A DNA stretch of 63,680 bases, counting the filler, from Chrysochromulina tobinii (taxonomy: Eukaryota): NCBI GenBank assembly GCA_001275005.1. It is 5 parts of 5 records of this genome, joined end to end, with 100 filler letters (N's around TTAATTAATTAA, not from the genome) between each part and the next. Parts side by side here need not be neighbours in the genome. Positions count along the whole stretch, not along the records: positions 1 to 25,805 come from JWZX01000938.1; 4 more parts are not named here. One strand, written 5' to 3'. The translations under genes and the position numbers were made by a program. Positions 1 to 10,703 of this stretch are shown here, in pieces. Under the pieces are notes generated by a model that had not been told where the DNA came from, searched no databases, and worked only from the letters and a program-made list of their open reading frames with translations. The number at the start of each line of letters is the position of its first letter. The first letter of the stretch is position 1.

Positions 1-1
1 G

Positions 2-3000
2 TTTGAGAACTGGGTGGGTCACATAGCGCAGCTCGAGGTGCCGCGGCCAGGCATGGCGGTGCTGCGCTTCACGGACGTTGCCTCCGCTGTGCGCGCCGCT
101 AGGAGCATCCATGGCCAGCGCGGCATGGCGGTGCGACCGGCAAACGCGCCGACGCCCATGCCGCCGGGTGCCCTGCCGCCGGCGGTGCAACCTCACCGGG
201 CGACGACATGGGCGCCGCCGCCGTCGATGTCAGGTCACCCACTTCCTCTGCCGCCGTCGATGCACCCGCACGGTGGCGACCCGCACGGCGGCGGTGCACC
301 GCCGCCCCCTCACGCGCCGATGCCGGCGTGGCGATCCATCAGCACCGCGATGAGCACTGGATCCGCCTCTCTCGGTTCCTTCCCGCCAAGCGCCGTGATG
401 AGCGCTGGATCCGCCTCTCTCGGTTCCTTCCCGCCAAGCGCCGTGATGAGCGCTGGATCCGCCTCTCTCGGTTCCTTCCCGCCACGGCACGCAGGAGGCG
501 GCGATCGCGGCGGCGGTGATCGCGGATTCGGCGGCGATCGAGGCGGCGGCGATCGTGGAGGCGGCGATCGTGGAGGCGGCGGCGATCGAGGCGGCGGCGA
601 TCGAGGCGGCGGCGATCGAGGCGGCGGCGATCGCGGAGGCGGCGGCGATCGGGCGGCGACGGTGCTCGCGACGGCGTTCGCCGTATTTGGCAGAGCCGAC
701 CTGACAATGGACGCGACGGTGGCCGCGAGGGCGGCCGCGACGACGGCCGTGATCACGGCCGCGACAACGGCGGCTACTGGGGTTATGGGGGCTACGGCGG
801 CTTCCGTGAGCGAGATCGAGATCGAGATCGAGATCGAGATCGAGACGAGCTCGGCCGTGACAGTGGCCGCGATGGTGGTCGCGATGGCAGCCGCGATGGC
901 GGTCGCGATGGAGGTCGCGATGGCGGTCGCGATGGAGGTCGCGATGGCGGCCGCGATGGAGGTCGCGATGGCGGCCGCGATCGGGCCGACCCGCGCTTCC
1001 GTCACGAAGGCGTCGACGATTTTGGAGGCCTCGGCTATGGCTCGTCTTGGGCACGCGGCGGCAGCGGGCGCGACGGCGGCAGGGACGGCGGCAGGGACGG
1101 CGGCAGAGACGGCGGCAGGGACGGCGGCAGGGACGGCGGCAGAGACGGCGGCAGGGACGGCGGCAGGGACGGCGGCAGAGACGGCGGCAGGGACGGTGGG
1201 AGAGACGGGGGCAGAGACGGTGGGAGAGACGGTGGGAGAGACTGGGCTGGTCCCGCCCGAGACGGCGCCACCGCCCGAGACGGCGTCCCCGCCCGAGACG
1301 GCGTTCACGCTCATCGGGAGACGCGAATCGAATCTCGCACCGTGCGAGATCGCTTCGAGCGCCCCAGTGCGCATGGCTCGTCGGCCGTTGGCTCGTTGGC
1401 CGTTGAGGCCTTCGCGCCTACTGCTCCCCCGTCCAGCATGCCGCTTTTGCCACCTCCGTCGCGCCCCTCAACCGCGGTTGGAATGCATGCGTACGGCGGA
1501 GGGTCGGCGGTTGGAATGCATGCGTACGGCCGAGGGTCGGCGGTTGGCCCGGCGGTGGCGCCTGACGAGTCGCACCCGCGGTCCGCGCCGCCGCCATCTG
1601 ACTTCAAGCCGATGCCGCTGCCTGAGCAAGGCGGTGGCGGCGGCGGCAGGCCTCGCGACCCGCCTCAGCAACGTCACCCCAACGCCAACGAGGACTCCCG
1701 TGCGGAGTGCCTCGAGGGCGTCGACCGCCAGGCAAGTGGGCGCGAGGCGGCTGGGATCGCAATCTCGGACCCATCTCGGACTGAGATCGCAATCTCGGAC
1801 CCATCTCGGGCTGGGATCGCGGGCCGAGCTGACGCGGGGCGCGCTAGCAGTGCACCACGCGTTGCCGAGTCAGAGGGTGGCGTGGTGTGGCCTAATGACA
1901 CGCCCGCCGCCGCGCCCGTGGTGACAGCCGCCGACGCGACGCCCGCGCCCTGGTCGGCGGGAGGGGCGCCCATCTCGGCGCCCTCGTCGGCGGGAGGGGC
2001 ACGTATGGCAGCAGCACGGCGAGCCGAGGATTCCTTGACGATGCGCGCGCTCGGCCGCTCAGCAAACAGCGGCGCGTGCCTCGCGTGCAGTGGCAAGCAA
2101 AGGCCGCACACGTGTGGCCGCGTCGATGCTGGGCGCTCCACCGCTAACGGCGCAGTCGTGGGCGGCAAGACCATGCCCAGCAACCCGACGCAGGAGGGCG
2201 CGCAGACGCCGTTCGCCGCGCCTCCCGCCGCGCCTCTCGCCGCGCCCGTCACGGCGCCTGTCGGCTCGGCTAAGCGCTCACATTCGGCAGAAGCCGAGGG
2301 TGAGGCCGAGGGTGAGGCTGAGGGTGAGGGCGAGGGCGGCGCGCTGTCACGAGCGCCTCTGGCCAAGAAGGCGCGCAACGGGCGCAAGGGCGAGCTCTCG
2401 GGGCTGCTCGACTACGGCAAGGACGCAAGCATGGACTTGGTGTCGCAACTCGGCCTCGCGGGACAGCGGCGCACGGCCGTCAAGGCGAACGGCCCTAACG
2501 GCCCTGACAAGGCAGTCAAGGCTGACAAGGCGGACGAGGCGGAAGGAGCGGTGGAGCCGCATGGTGTGAATTCACACCAAGCAGACGCGATGGAGGTCGG
2601 GGTGCCCGCCCATATGTGGGAGTGCCTCAAGTGCACCATGCACAACCAGAACGCGCAGTCCAAGTGCGCCGCTTGCGGCAGCCGACGGCAGAAGAAGCCA
2701 GCGGTCTCGGACAAGGCGAAAGCGCTGGGTGCCAAGGCCGAGGTGAAGGCCAGGGCGGAGGCGGGGGCGGAGGGGAGGCAGGAGGACGAGGGCGAGCAGC
2801 AACAGCAACTTCAGCAAATTCAGCGAGATCCCTCTCAAGGCCAAACCGGTGCCGAGTGCCCCTTGTGCTACCGCTGTTTCGAGAGCGCCAAGGGGATGAA
2901 GCGGCACCTGCACGCGTGCAAGGGGAGGTCGGAGGGCCGTGTTGGGCAGGAGCAGGGCGAGGAGCACGAAGAGGCGCGAGCGGCGGCGGAGGAGGAGGCT

Positions 3001-3957
3001 GAGGAGGAGGCTGGCGGGGAGGAGCCGGCGGCCCCCAGGCTGTCGTGTGGGTACTGCACCCGCACGTTCGGCAACCATGGCGCGCTCGCGAGACACATGG
3101 GCGCGTGCAAGCAGCGTCCGGCAGAGGAGGAGGAGCTGGAGGAGGTGGAGGAGGAGGAGGAGGATGAAGAGGAGGAGCAGGGCGACCAGCTGACGTGCCG
3201 GTGGTGCCAGAAGCAGTCGAAGAGCCTCGCGGGCATCAAGGTCCACATGCGAAAGTGGTGCAAGATGCGCCCAGATGCAGAGGAGGGGGATGGTAACGAG
3301 GACGACGAGGAGGAGCAGGAGCCGCAGCAGCACGAGGATCGGGAGACGCGAGTGCAGGAGGAGAAGTGGGCGACCGCCCAGTGCCCGTGGTGCCATCAGG
3401 CGTTCAAGAGGCTCAAGACGCACTTGCGCCATTGCCCACGAACGCCGGGGGTCGACGAGGATGATGAGGAGGAGCAGGAGTTGGACCAGGCACAGCAGCG
3501 GGAGGATGCCGACGAGGGCGACGACGACGAGGGCGACGGCACGGGCAGCGCGGCAGCCGGCGGTGGCGAGCGGCGGCGGCGCGGCGGCGAGCGCGAACTC
3601 GTCGTCGGTTCGCGCGTCGAGGCACACTATGGCATTTCGGACGATGAAGCCTGGTGGCCAGGTACCATTACACGGCTGTGTACCAACGGTGACGTGGACG
3701 TGCAGTACGACGATGGTGACTTTGAGGCTCGGAAGCCGCGGCGGCGCGTGCGCCCGTGCCGCGGCGCCGCCGCTGCGAGCACTGCGAGCACTGCCACGCA
3801 TACCCTGATGCATCCTCGGCATTCGCACGTGGCATTTGTGGGCGCGCGGCCGCCACGCGGCGACTCCGCCATCGACACCCACAACGACGCCGATGCGGAG
3901 CTGCAGAGTGACGATGATGACGAGGTGCTGCTCGTCTCGGCCGTCAACGTCCATTGA
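2..3957 (+). CDS. RRM/RGG-rich protein with RanBP2-type and C2HC zinc fingers and a C-terminal Tudor/Agenet-like domain (5' partial; apparent 1-nt frameshift at ~651)
   Basis: Frame 2 gives an RRM-like segment ([33 protein letters not shown]) and GGDR repeats. From 652 the RDGG/RD repeats continue in frame 1 into ORF 1342..3957, which has [20 protein letters not shown], four CxxC..H..C fingers and [28 protein letters not shown]. Confidence 0.7.
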
Positions 3958-4351
3958 GTCGACTCGCCAATGCAGGCTCGAGCCTCAAGCATCGTCTAGA
4001 TACTGAGCTTCCCTTGCTGAGCATCGTACAAAGACGCCTCCCGTGTTGAGCTCGGCTGTTGAGTAATAGAGTGATTTGTAACTGAACAAGCTACCTACCA
4101 ATTGGCGGTAACATCAACCGTTGCGAGAACTTCGCTGTTGTGAACATCTGTAATGTCGAAAATACCCCAATCATTATCTGAATTATTGGTTTCGTCACAC
4201 TCTCGCTCCATTTTCAAACATACCTGAAGCCGAGGGGGGGTCTCAGGCCTCGGCTAAAAATGGGATTGTTTGGGGTGTCGAGTCAGGTTTTTTTCGGTCG
4301 CTCCATTTTGTCAGCGCTTGCCCCTTGACAAATCCGAAGAGCGTCAGCCTG

Positions 4352-5908
4352 ATGGCTAGTCAGGCCGATGTGGCGTTGCTGCAGGCGCAAGTGGCGGCGC
4401 TTCAATCCGCCGTCGAAACACTGCAGGCAGCTCAGAACTTGGCCGGCCAAGCAGCTGACACATGGTGGATGCTTTCAAACGGCATCCTGGTCTTCTTCAT
4501 GCAGTGCGGCTTCGGCATGCTTGAGGCCGGCTCGGTGTCTGCGCGCGCAACGCAGAATATTCTGCTGAAGAACTTGATGGACACTGCGATCGGCTGCCTG
4601 CTTTGGTGGGCGATCGGCTACGCTATTGCCTTCGAGGGCACCAACCCTTTCATCGGCACTGCGAGCGCCGACAACACTCTCTTCTTCACGATCGCATATA
4701 TTCGTGAGGATGATGCGGCCTTCGACTTCAACGGCACTGGTACGGTCGCGCCGGGCTCGTACGGAAGACATTGGGCGTTCTGGTGGTGGCAGTTCACCTT
4801 CGCATCCGTGGCCGCGACGATCGTGTCGGGCGCCGTTGCCGAGCGCGCGCAGCTCATCGCTTACATCGTCTACTCCTCGGTGATGACGCTCCTCATTTAC
4901 CCGGTGTGCGCGCACTGGGTGTGGTCTGAGTACGGCTGGCTCTCGACCCTAAACCCGAACGCCTTTAATGGCGGTGCCCTCGATTTTGCGGGATCGGGTG
5001 CGGTGCACATGACGGGCGGCATCGCCGGTCTGGTGGGGGCCGCCGTCATCGGCCCGCGCCCGGGGCGATTCACCCCGCCATACAACAAGTTCCGCCTTCC
5101 TACCTGTGGGGGGCCGCCGCTCCCCCCTCCTATCGAAATGCCCGGCCACAGCACGGTGCTGCAGGCCCTGGGCACTTTCATCCTGTGGATGGGCTGGTAC
5201 GGCTTCAACGCAGGCTCCACGGTCATGATCACCGGCGCCGGCGCCGCCACCGCGGCGCCCATCTTCATTCGTACCACGCTCTCGGGATCCATCGGCGGCC
5301 TGTCTGCGGTCACGATGGAGCGCTACCTGGGCACGGGCAAGATATGGAGCGTAGGCGCGATGTGCAACGGCACCCTCGCCGGTCTCGTCTCGGTCACCGC
5401 GGGCTGCGCCACCATCCCCATCTGGGCCGCCGTCATCCACGGGTTCATCGGCTCACTTGTGTACCGCTACTCGGCAAAGTTCGTGACCGAGGTGCTCTGC
5501 GTCGACGACCCCCTCGACGCCTTCGCGGTGCACGGCGCATGCGGAGCGTGGGGCGTCCTTGCGGCAGGTCTCTTCTCGGAGCCCCAATACTCGAACGTCG
5601 TCCATGGTGTGGCAGGGGGGGGCGGGCTCTATGGCGGCGGGCGGGCCCTGGGCGCGAACATCATCTACATCCTCTCCATCACCATGTGGACCTTCACCAC
5701 CTCCTTCTCAGTCTTCTGGACTCTCCGGAGCTTCGGCGTCCTACGCGCCGATCATACCAACTACGCCGGTCCTCAAACTGCCACATTCACAGACGCGCCG
5801 AACCAGATAAGCTTCGACGGCTCGAAGCACGGCCTGCAGCCTTACGAGGGCGGAGGGGTCCCCCCCAAACTGGATCCTGCCAAACCCGTCCCGACCTCGG
5901 AGGCCTAG
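4352..5908 (+). CDS. AMT1: Ammonium transporter (Amt/AMT1 family)
   Basis: FFMQCGFGMLEAG, FQFTF-like/IVSGAVAER, DFAGSGAVHMTGG, WMGWYGFNAGS, NGTLAGLVSVTAGC, VDDPLDAFAVHG; multiple TM helices; intronless. Confidence 0.96.
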   Translation: MASQADVALLQAQVAALQSAVETLQAAQNLAGQAADTWWMLSNGILVFFMQCGFGMLEAGSVSARATQNILLKNLMDTAIGCLLWWAIGYAIAFEGTNPFIGTASADNTLFFTIAYIREDDAAFDFNGTGTVAPGSYGRHWAFWWWQFTFASVAATIVSGAVAERAQLIAYIVYSSVMTLLIYPVCAHWVWSEYGWLSTLNPNAFNGGALDFAGSGAVHMTGGIAGLVGAAVIGPRPGRFTPPYNKFRLPTCGGPPLPPPIEMPGHSTVLQALGTFILWMGWYGFNAGSTVMITGAGAATAAPIFIRTTLSGSIGGLSAVTMERYLGTGKIWSVGAMCNGTLAGLVSVTAGCATIPIWAAVIHGFIGSLVYRYSAKFVTEVLCVDDPLDAFAVHGACGAWGVLAAGLFSEPQYSNVVHGVAGGGGLYGGGRALGANIIYILSITMWTFTTSFSVFWTLRSFGVLRADHTNYAGPQTATFTDAPNQISFDGSKHGLQPYEGGGVPPKLDPAKPVPTSEA

Positions 5909-6896
5909 GGATTGGCCCCACCCTCGCGTAGCAGGCACGATTCCCGAATGGAATGGAGCCGACACGGCACAGACCCTCATATGGACTCAAGCACCCACGG
6001 GCCTGCACGCGCACCGATCTCTGTCTCGGTGGAGGGAGCACTCCCGCAAAAGAGCGCTCCCTTGGGGTGGTACAAAAATTTCTCGGCGTGATTCAAGAAG
6101 CTACATTGAGAAAGATGGCTTGGACATAACTCAAGTTGGCGCAACGTACATAACGGCGGGGCAGCTTACCACATCTCCAATAACCTGGGCGAGGGCAGAG
6201 CGACGCTCCGAGAATAACTGGGGGGGGGGCGGCGGGTGCGAGGAGCCCACGAGGCAGGCCCCACGTTAGCCCCACGGGTCTATCTTGAGAGCGGGTAATC
6301 ATAGGCGGAGCATGAAATAGCTCCGTTGTAGCATATTCATGGGCTAGTAGGGGGTGCGGTCCGTCCTGTACAGCGCCCCAGGTGTGGAGATGCACCTCGG
6401 TGGGTTCCTCGCAGACCACGTTAGACCACGCTGCAAGCGCTGCACGCACGACGGCACAATTAGTGTCTCTCATGAGTCGGTGTTCAGTGTTGACGGAGAA
6501 CATGTTTTCTCGCCGAGGGTTTGGCGGCTCTAGTCCAACACTGTCTGTGTCTCGGCCAACACTCGGCCAGAGAGCGCGCGCGCGGCGCCGCGCGCGCGCG
6601 CGCGCCCGCCACAACAGCTCGCCAACTCTAAACCAACTCGCAACTGGCAAATCCTACTTTGATGAACCGCAAAGTCAAGTCTTGACTTGACTTGACTTGA
6701 ACCATGTACAATTGAATCCAGAAACCGTAAAGTTACAACTTGCTCTTCTCGCTCATTTTTCCGCGTTTTTTTTAGATTTCGAGTTTTTTTAGATTCCGCT
6801 CTAGACTCGACTCGCAGGTCTGGCCCTTGGAATTTCTTCATATCCCCGGGGGGCTTGGAGGCCACATTTGTGGCACCACAAAGCGAGTGTGCGGAG

Positions 6897-7838
6897 ATGG
6901 CAGCTTCGTCAAGCGTCGCTCAAAATGACATCAAGCCAATACCTGGTTTGCAGCCTGGGAGCGAACTGTTCGAAGTTCTCGTTGGAGATGCGGAGATCGT
7001 TCTCAAGGGTGAGGACCAATCAACCACCCGCGACGTGATGCTTAACGGGGAGCGGCTGGTCATCGCGATGATTGCCGACGGGCACGGTGGCAAGGAAGCG
7101 TCGGCGCATTGCAAGGCGATGGTCGTCGACGAGCTCCTCAAGGGGCTGAAAGTCCCCGACGGGTTGCATGTGCGAGCTGCGGGCACTCACGCATTCTTGA
7201 AGGCGCACGAAGAGGTTCTCGCGATGATGGGAACGACTGCTGGCAGCACGCTCAGTGTGATCGTGCTCAACGCTACTCGCGCCGAGCTGACCGTGTTGCA
7301 CTGCGGCGACAGTGTGGCTCGCCTCATCCCCCGCCGTTCAGCTGCAATGGGCCTCTGCGAGGACCACCGACTCGAGTCGTCCGAATCCGAGCGCGCGCGG
7401 GTGTGCGCGATGGGGGGCAAAGTCGCGCGCGCGATGGACCGCCACGGCCGGCCTTCGGGCCCCGTGCGCTTGTGGCCTGGCGGCGTCGCCCAGGCCCGAG
7501 CCATCGGGGATCGCGATGTCGGTCACTTCATCGACCCGAAGCCTTTTGCTCGCACGTACAAGCTGCCTGCGGCCGAGTCGTTTGCGGTCGTCGTTGCCTC
7601 CGACGGCGTGTGGGATGCTCTCTTGCCGTCGGCCGTGGACGGCATCATACGCTCTTCGATGGTTTGCCAGCCTGCGGATTCCGCGAGGCTGGTCATCCAA
7701 TCATCGCTGATTCAACGACACGCCTACAGCAACGACGGGGACAGAATACCTAAGGACGACACCTCCTGCATCGTGATCCGCGTTGAAAGCGACAGCGACC
7801 TATTACGTGGTGGCGGCTGCTGCTGCGTGATCAGCTGA
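6897..7838 (+). CDS. Protein phosphatase 2C (PPM family) with C-terminal CaaX
   Basis: GED, IADGHGG, GSTL, HCGDS, EDH, ARAIGD, VASDGVWD, KDDTSCIV; ends GGGCCCVIS. Confidence 0.93.
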   Translation: MAASSSVAQNDIKPIPGLQPGSELFEVLVGDAEIVLKGEDQSTTRDVMLNGERLVIAMIADGHGGKEASAHCKAMVVDELLKGLKVPDGLHVRAAGTHAFLKAHEEVLAMMGTTAGSTLSVIVLNATRAELTVLHCGDSVARLIPRRSAAMGLCEDHRLESSESERARVCAMGGKVARAMDRHGRPSGPVRLWPGGVAQARAIGDRDVGHFIDPKPFARTYKLPAAESFAVVVASDGVWDALLPSAVDGIIRSSMVCQPADSARLVIQSSLIQRHAYSNDGDRIPKDDTSCIVIRVESDSDLLRGGGCCCVIS

Positions 7839-8409
7839 GAGGCGATCAGCGATTAGTCTAGGGGCCCGCGTGGCTGTGCCCAGTGCCCGGTGCCCTGTCC
7901 GGTCGCATACCGATCCGTTCCGCGGTTCCTGTTGGTTCCTGCAGTTCCCTCACTGGGCATATACAGAAAATCATTAGTGTGACAAAATTGTAAATTCGGA
8001 TAAAAAGGCTGCTGAGATCGGCCAGTACAATGATCCAGTAGCGGAGTCCATAACCCCCATCACACGACACGGAGGCGGGGCGAACATACCGGCAAAATCC
8101 GTCGATCGCCATCGCGTCTCCACGCCAGCCCCGGCTGCCAGATCGGGTACATTAGTACGCGTCCGGAACGTGAAGGTGATTCACCGCGCCCTCCACGTTG
8201 TGTCTCCACGGGACCTGTGGTTGTGCGTCTTGCCGAGATGGCCAAATAACGTGAACGTGTAACGTGAACGTGTGCATTTAACGTGAACACGCTTGGTGTG
8301 CTGTGAATGAACACGCTGGTCCTGTGGGAAACTGTGCGCTCCGTACGATGGCGGCGCTTGAGCTACAGCGCGGCAGTCGACGTAACGCATTGGCCCCGAC
8401 GGCGCACCC

Positions 8410-9516
8410 ATGGAAGCACACCGAATACTGATTCCACAGCCGCCACCCGGCTCTGTAGCTGTGCATTTACCCGAAGCACCCGCCACCACGCCCAGCGCAC
8501 CTGCTATCCCCTCAATGACGGTCGGGTACGCCTTGCCCACAACAACAGCGATGGTAGCGACGACCGCTGCAGCTGCTGCGGAAACCTTCGCGATGGCGAC
8601 AGCAGTGCCCACGGGATCACCGTATCCCTCGCCAGGGTCTGCAGGGATGGCGACAGATATGCGCGAGGACTCATCAGGTCGGTGGGTCCTTGAGCCCGAT
8701 GACGTGCTGCTCCTCGAGCGAGTGTATGCGCTGGAGCGCTGCCCCGGCCGGGAGTTGCGACAACAGCTAGCGACGCGCCTGCGCGTGAAGCCGCGACAAA
8801 TCCAGGTGTGGTTCCAGAACAAGCGACAACGCATGAAGAATGGTTCTAAGCCGACTGTCGCCGAGGCTCGTGCGCACGCGGTCGCCCAGTCAGAGCACGA
8901 AGCGCAGCCCGAGCCTGCGGAGCTCCTCATGAGTATCGCGGCCGGCTCCGAGTCCGCCGCCAAGGTGGCCGAGGATGAGGCGCGCGTTACCGTCGCGAGG
9001 GCGCAGGCCGCTGTTGCCGCGAGCATCGACAAGGGCGCGACGGTAGACAGTGCGGCGGCGCTGTGGGATGCGGTCAGGGACGACAAGCCAGGCCCGTCGA
9101 CGACGATGGCCACGGGGCCGGTTCCCGGCTCGACCATCGATCCGGTGATCGCCGCGCAGGAGATCATAGCGGCCGCCACCGCGACGGTCGCCGAGGCGCA
9201 GGGAGCTGCTGGCTTGCCCGACGGATACACGGACGGTGTGATGCTCTGGATCCGCACTGACCTGCTCATGGCCCATCCAGAGCTCCTCGGCCATAACGCG
9301 ATGCCCATCTTCCTGGTCAACAACGCCGCGCAACCACCCAACGCCGGCGGCGCCGCCATCGTGGACCAGGCGATGGACCAGGCTGCCGACGCTGCCGCAG
9401 ATCCCGCGGCGCCGGCGAGCGCAGCACTGGCTGTAATTCAAGCGGCGACGGCTGAAGCGGCGCCAATGGAGGACGACCTTCCAGTCGCGGGCGCCGTACA
9501 AGCGCCGCCGATGTGA
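8410..9516 (+). CDS. Homeodomain transcription factor
   Basis: LLERVYALERCPGRELRQQLATRLRVKPRQIQVWFQNKRQRMK; helix-3 WFQNxR signature. Confidence 0.9.
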   Translation: MEAHRILIPQPPPGSVAVHLPEAPATTPSAPAIPSMTVGYALPTTTAMVATTAAAAAETFAMATAVPTGSPYPSPGSAGMATDMREDSSGRWVLEPDDVLLLERVYALERCPGRELRQQLATRLRVKPRQIQVWFQNKRQRMKNGSKPTVAEARAHAVAQSEHEAQPEPAELLMSIAAGSESAAKVAEDEARVTVARAQAAVAASIDKGATVDSAAALWDAVRDDKPGPSTTMATGPVPGSTIDPVIAAQEIIAAATATVAEAQGAAGLPDGYTDGVMLWIRTDLLMAHPELLGHNAMPIFLVNNAAQPPNAGGAAIVDQAMDQAADAAADPAAPASAALAVIQAATAEAAPMEDDLPVAGAVQAPPM

Positions 9517-10703
9517 GGGGCGCCGTCGCGGGCGCAGCCCTCCGGGCGGTCGCTCGACCGATCCGAGGGCGAAGGGGCATGCCTGCGTGCACCGGAGGCT
9601 GTGCGAGTGAAGTATAGGTGACGACGAACAACAGTTACGGCGCATGGACGCACGGCGTCGGCTCGTCGCCCTGTCGCCACCCTATCGCCACCCGGCACGC
9701 GTGGTACTGGCACGCGGCGGAGAATGCGGTCGGCTGGGACGAGAGAAGCCGAGAGACGCCGCGCGTGGGTGTGCGCGGACCTCAATCAAAGCTCACGCGC
9801 CGCCAGCGCGCAGCTCGGCTCGAACCGGCCCCTGTGGCTGTGCCGCGGCCGCTGTCGGCGGCGCCTGCCCCAGCGCCGATCCAGCGCAGAGTTGAGAGTA
9901 GTGAGAGCGAGTCCTGCGACACGTGCATGTGCATGTACGAAGCGCGCGCGGCGCGCGGAGTGCCACTTCTGGAAGGCGAGTCGCCAGTTTTGTGACTTGA
10001 GACCCGGTGCTTCCGTCCCCCCCCCGGGCTCGCGTCGAGCGCGGACCTGTGCTGGCCACTGGCTTTCCAAATTAAGTCCAAATAATCGCCAAATCGAATG
10101 TTTTAACACCGCGCTTTTGACCGTCGTGCTCCGGTGCCGCGGTGGGTCGCCTGCTTAGATACTTACTTACTTACGCGGTGGTCGCCTGCTGCCCGCGCGC
10201 CCCGCCACAGCGCGCGGCGGGGCCGGGGTCGCGGTCACCGGCGCGCACAGACACGGCCGCGCGCCGCGCCCGAACGCGGCGCCCCGCCGGCCCGCGTCGT
10301 GTCGCGTACCCCCGTCTCCCGCCGCGGACCGGGCGACCGGCACCCCAGGTGCCCGGGACACCGGGTCAGGTCCGCCCGCGACGGCGCGCCGCCCCGCACC
10401 TCGGGCGGGGTCATCGGCAGTACTTGCAGTACAACCCGCGGACCGGCCCGGACGTGGGACGATGTTGAATGTTCGAACAGTTGAACCAACATGCCTTGTC
10501 CCGATGGCCAAGCGGGGATCCGGGGTACATGTCAGGCGGCGCGCTTGCAGCGCGGCGCGGCGCGGATTTGCGTTGCTACCAGCCTCGACAAGGCAACCAC
10601 TCTCCCTTTTTCCATCCCAGTTTGCTCTCTATGGACTGTGTGCGTTGGAGGCGGCCACCTCGACGTCGGTGGCAGCCACCAGAGTCACTCCAGTGTCACT
10701 CTT

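Noticed and set aside
660..1924. C-terminal part of ORF 14..1924 and the many long antisense ORFs
   Set aside because: Shadow frames of GC-rich repetitive coding sequence; the coherent protein is in another frame.
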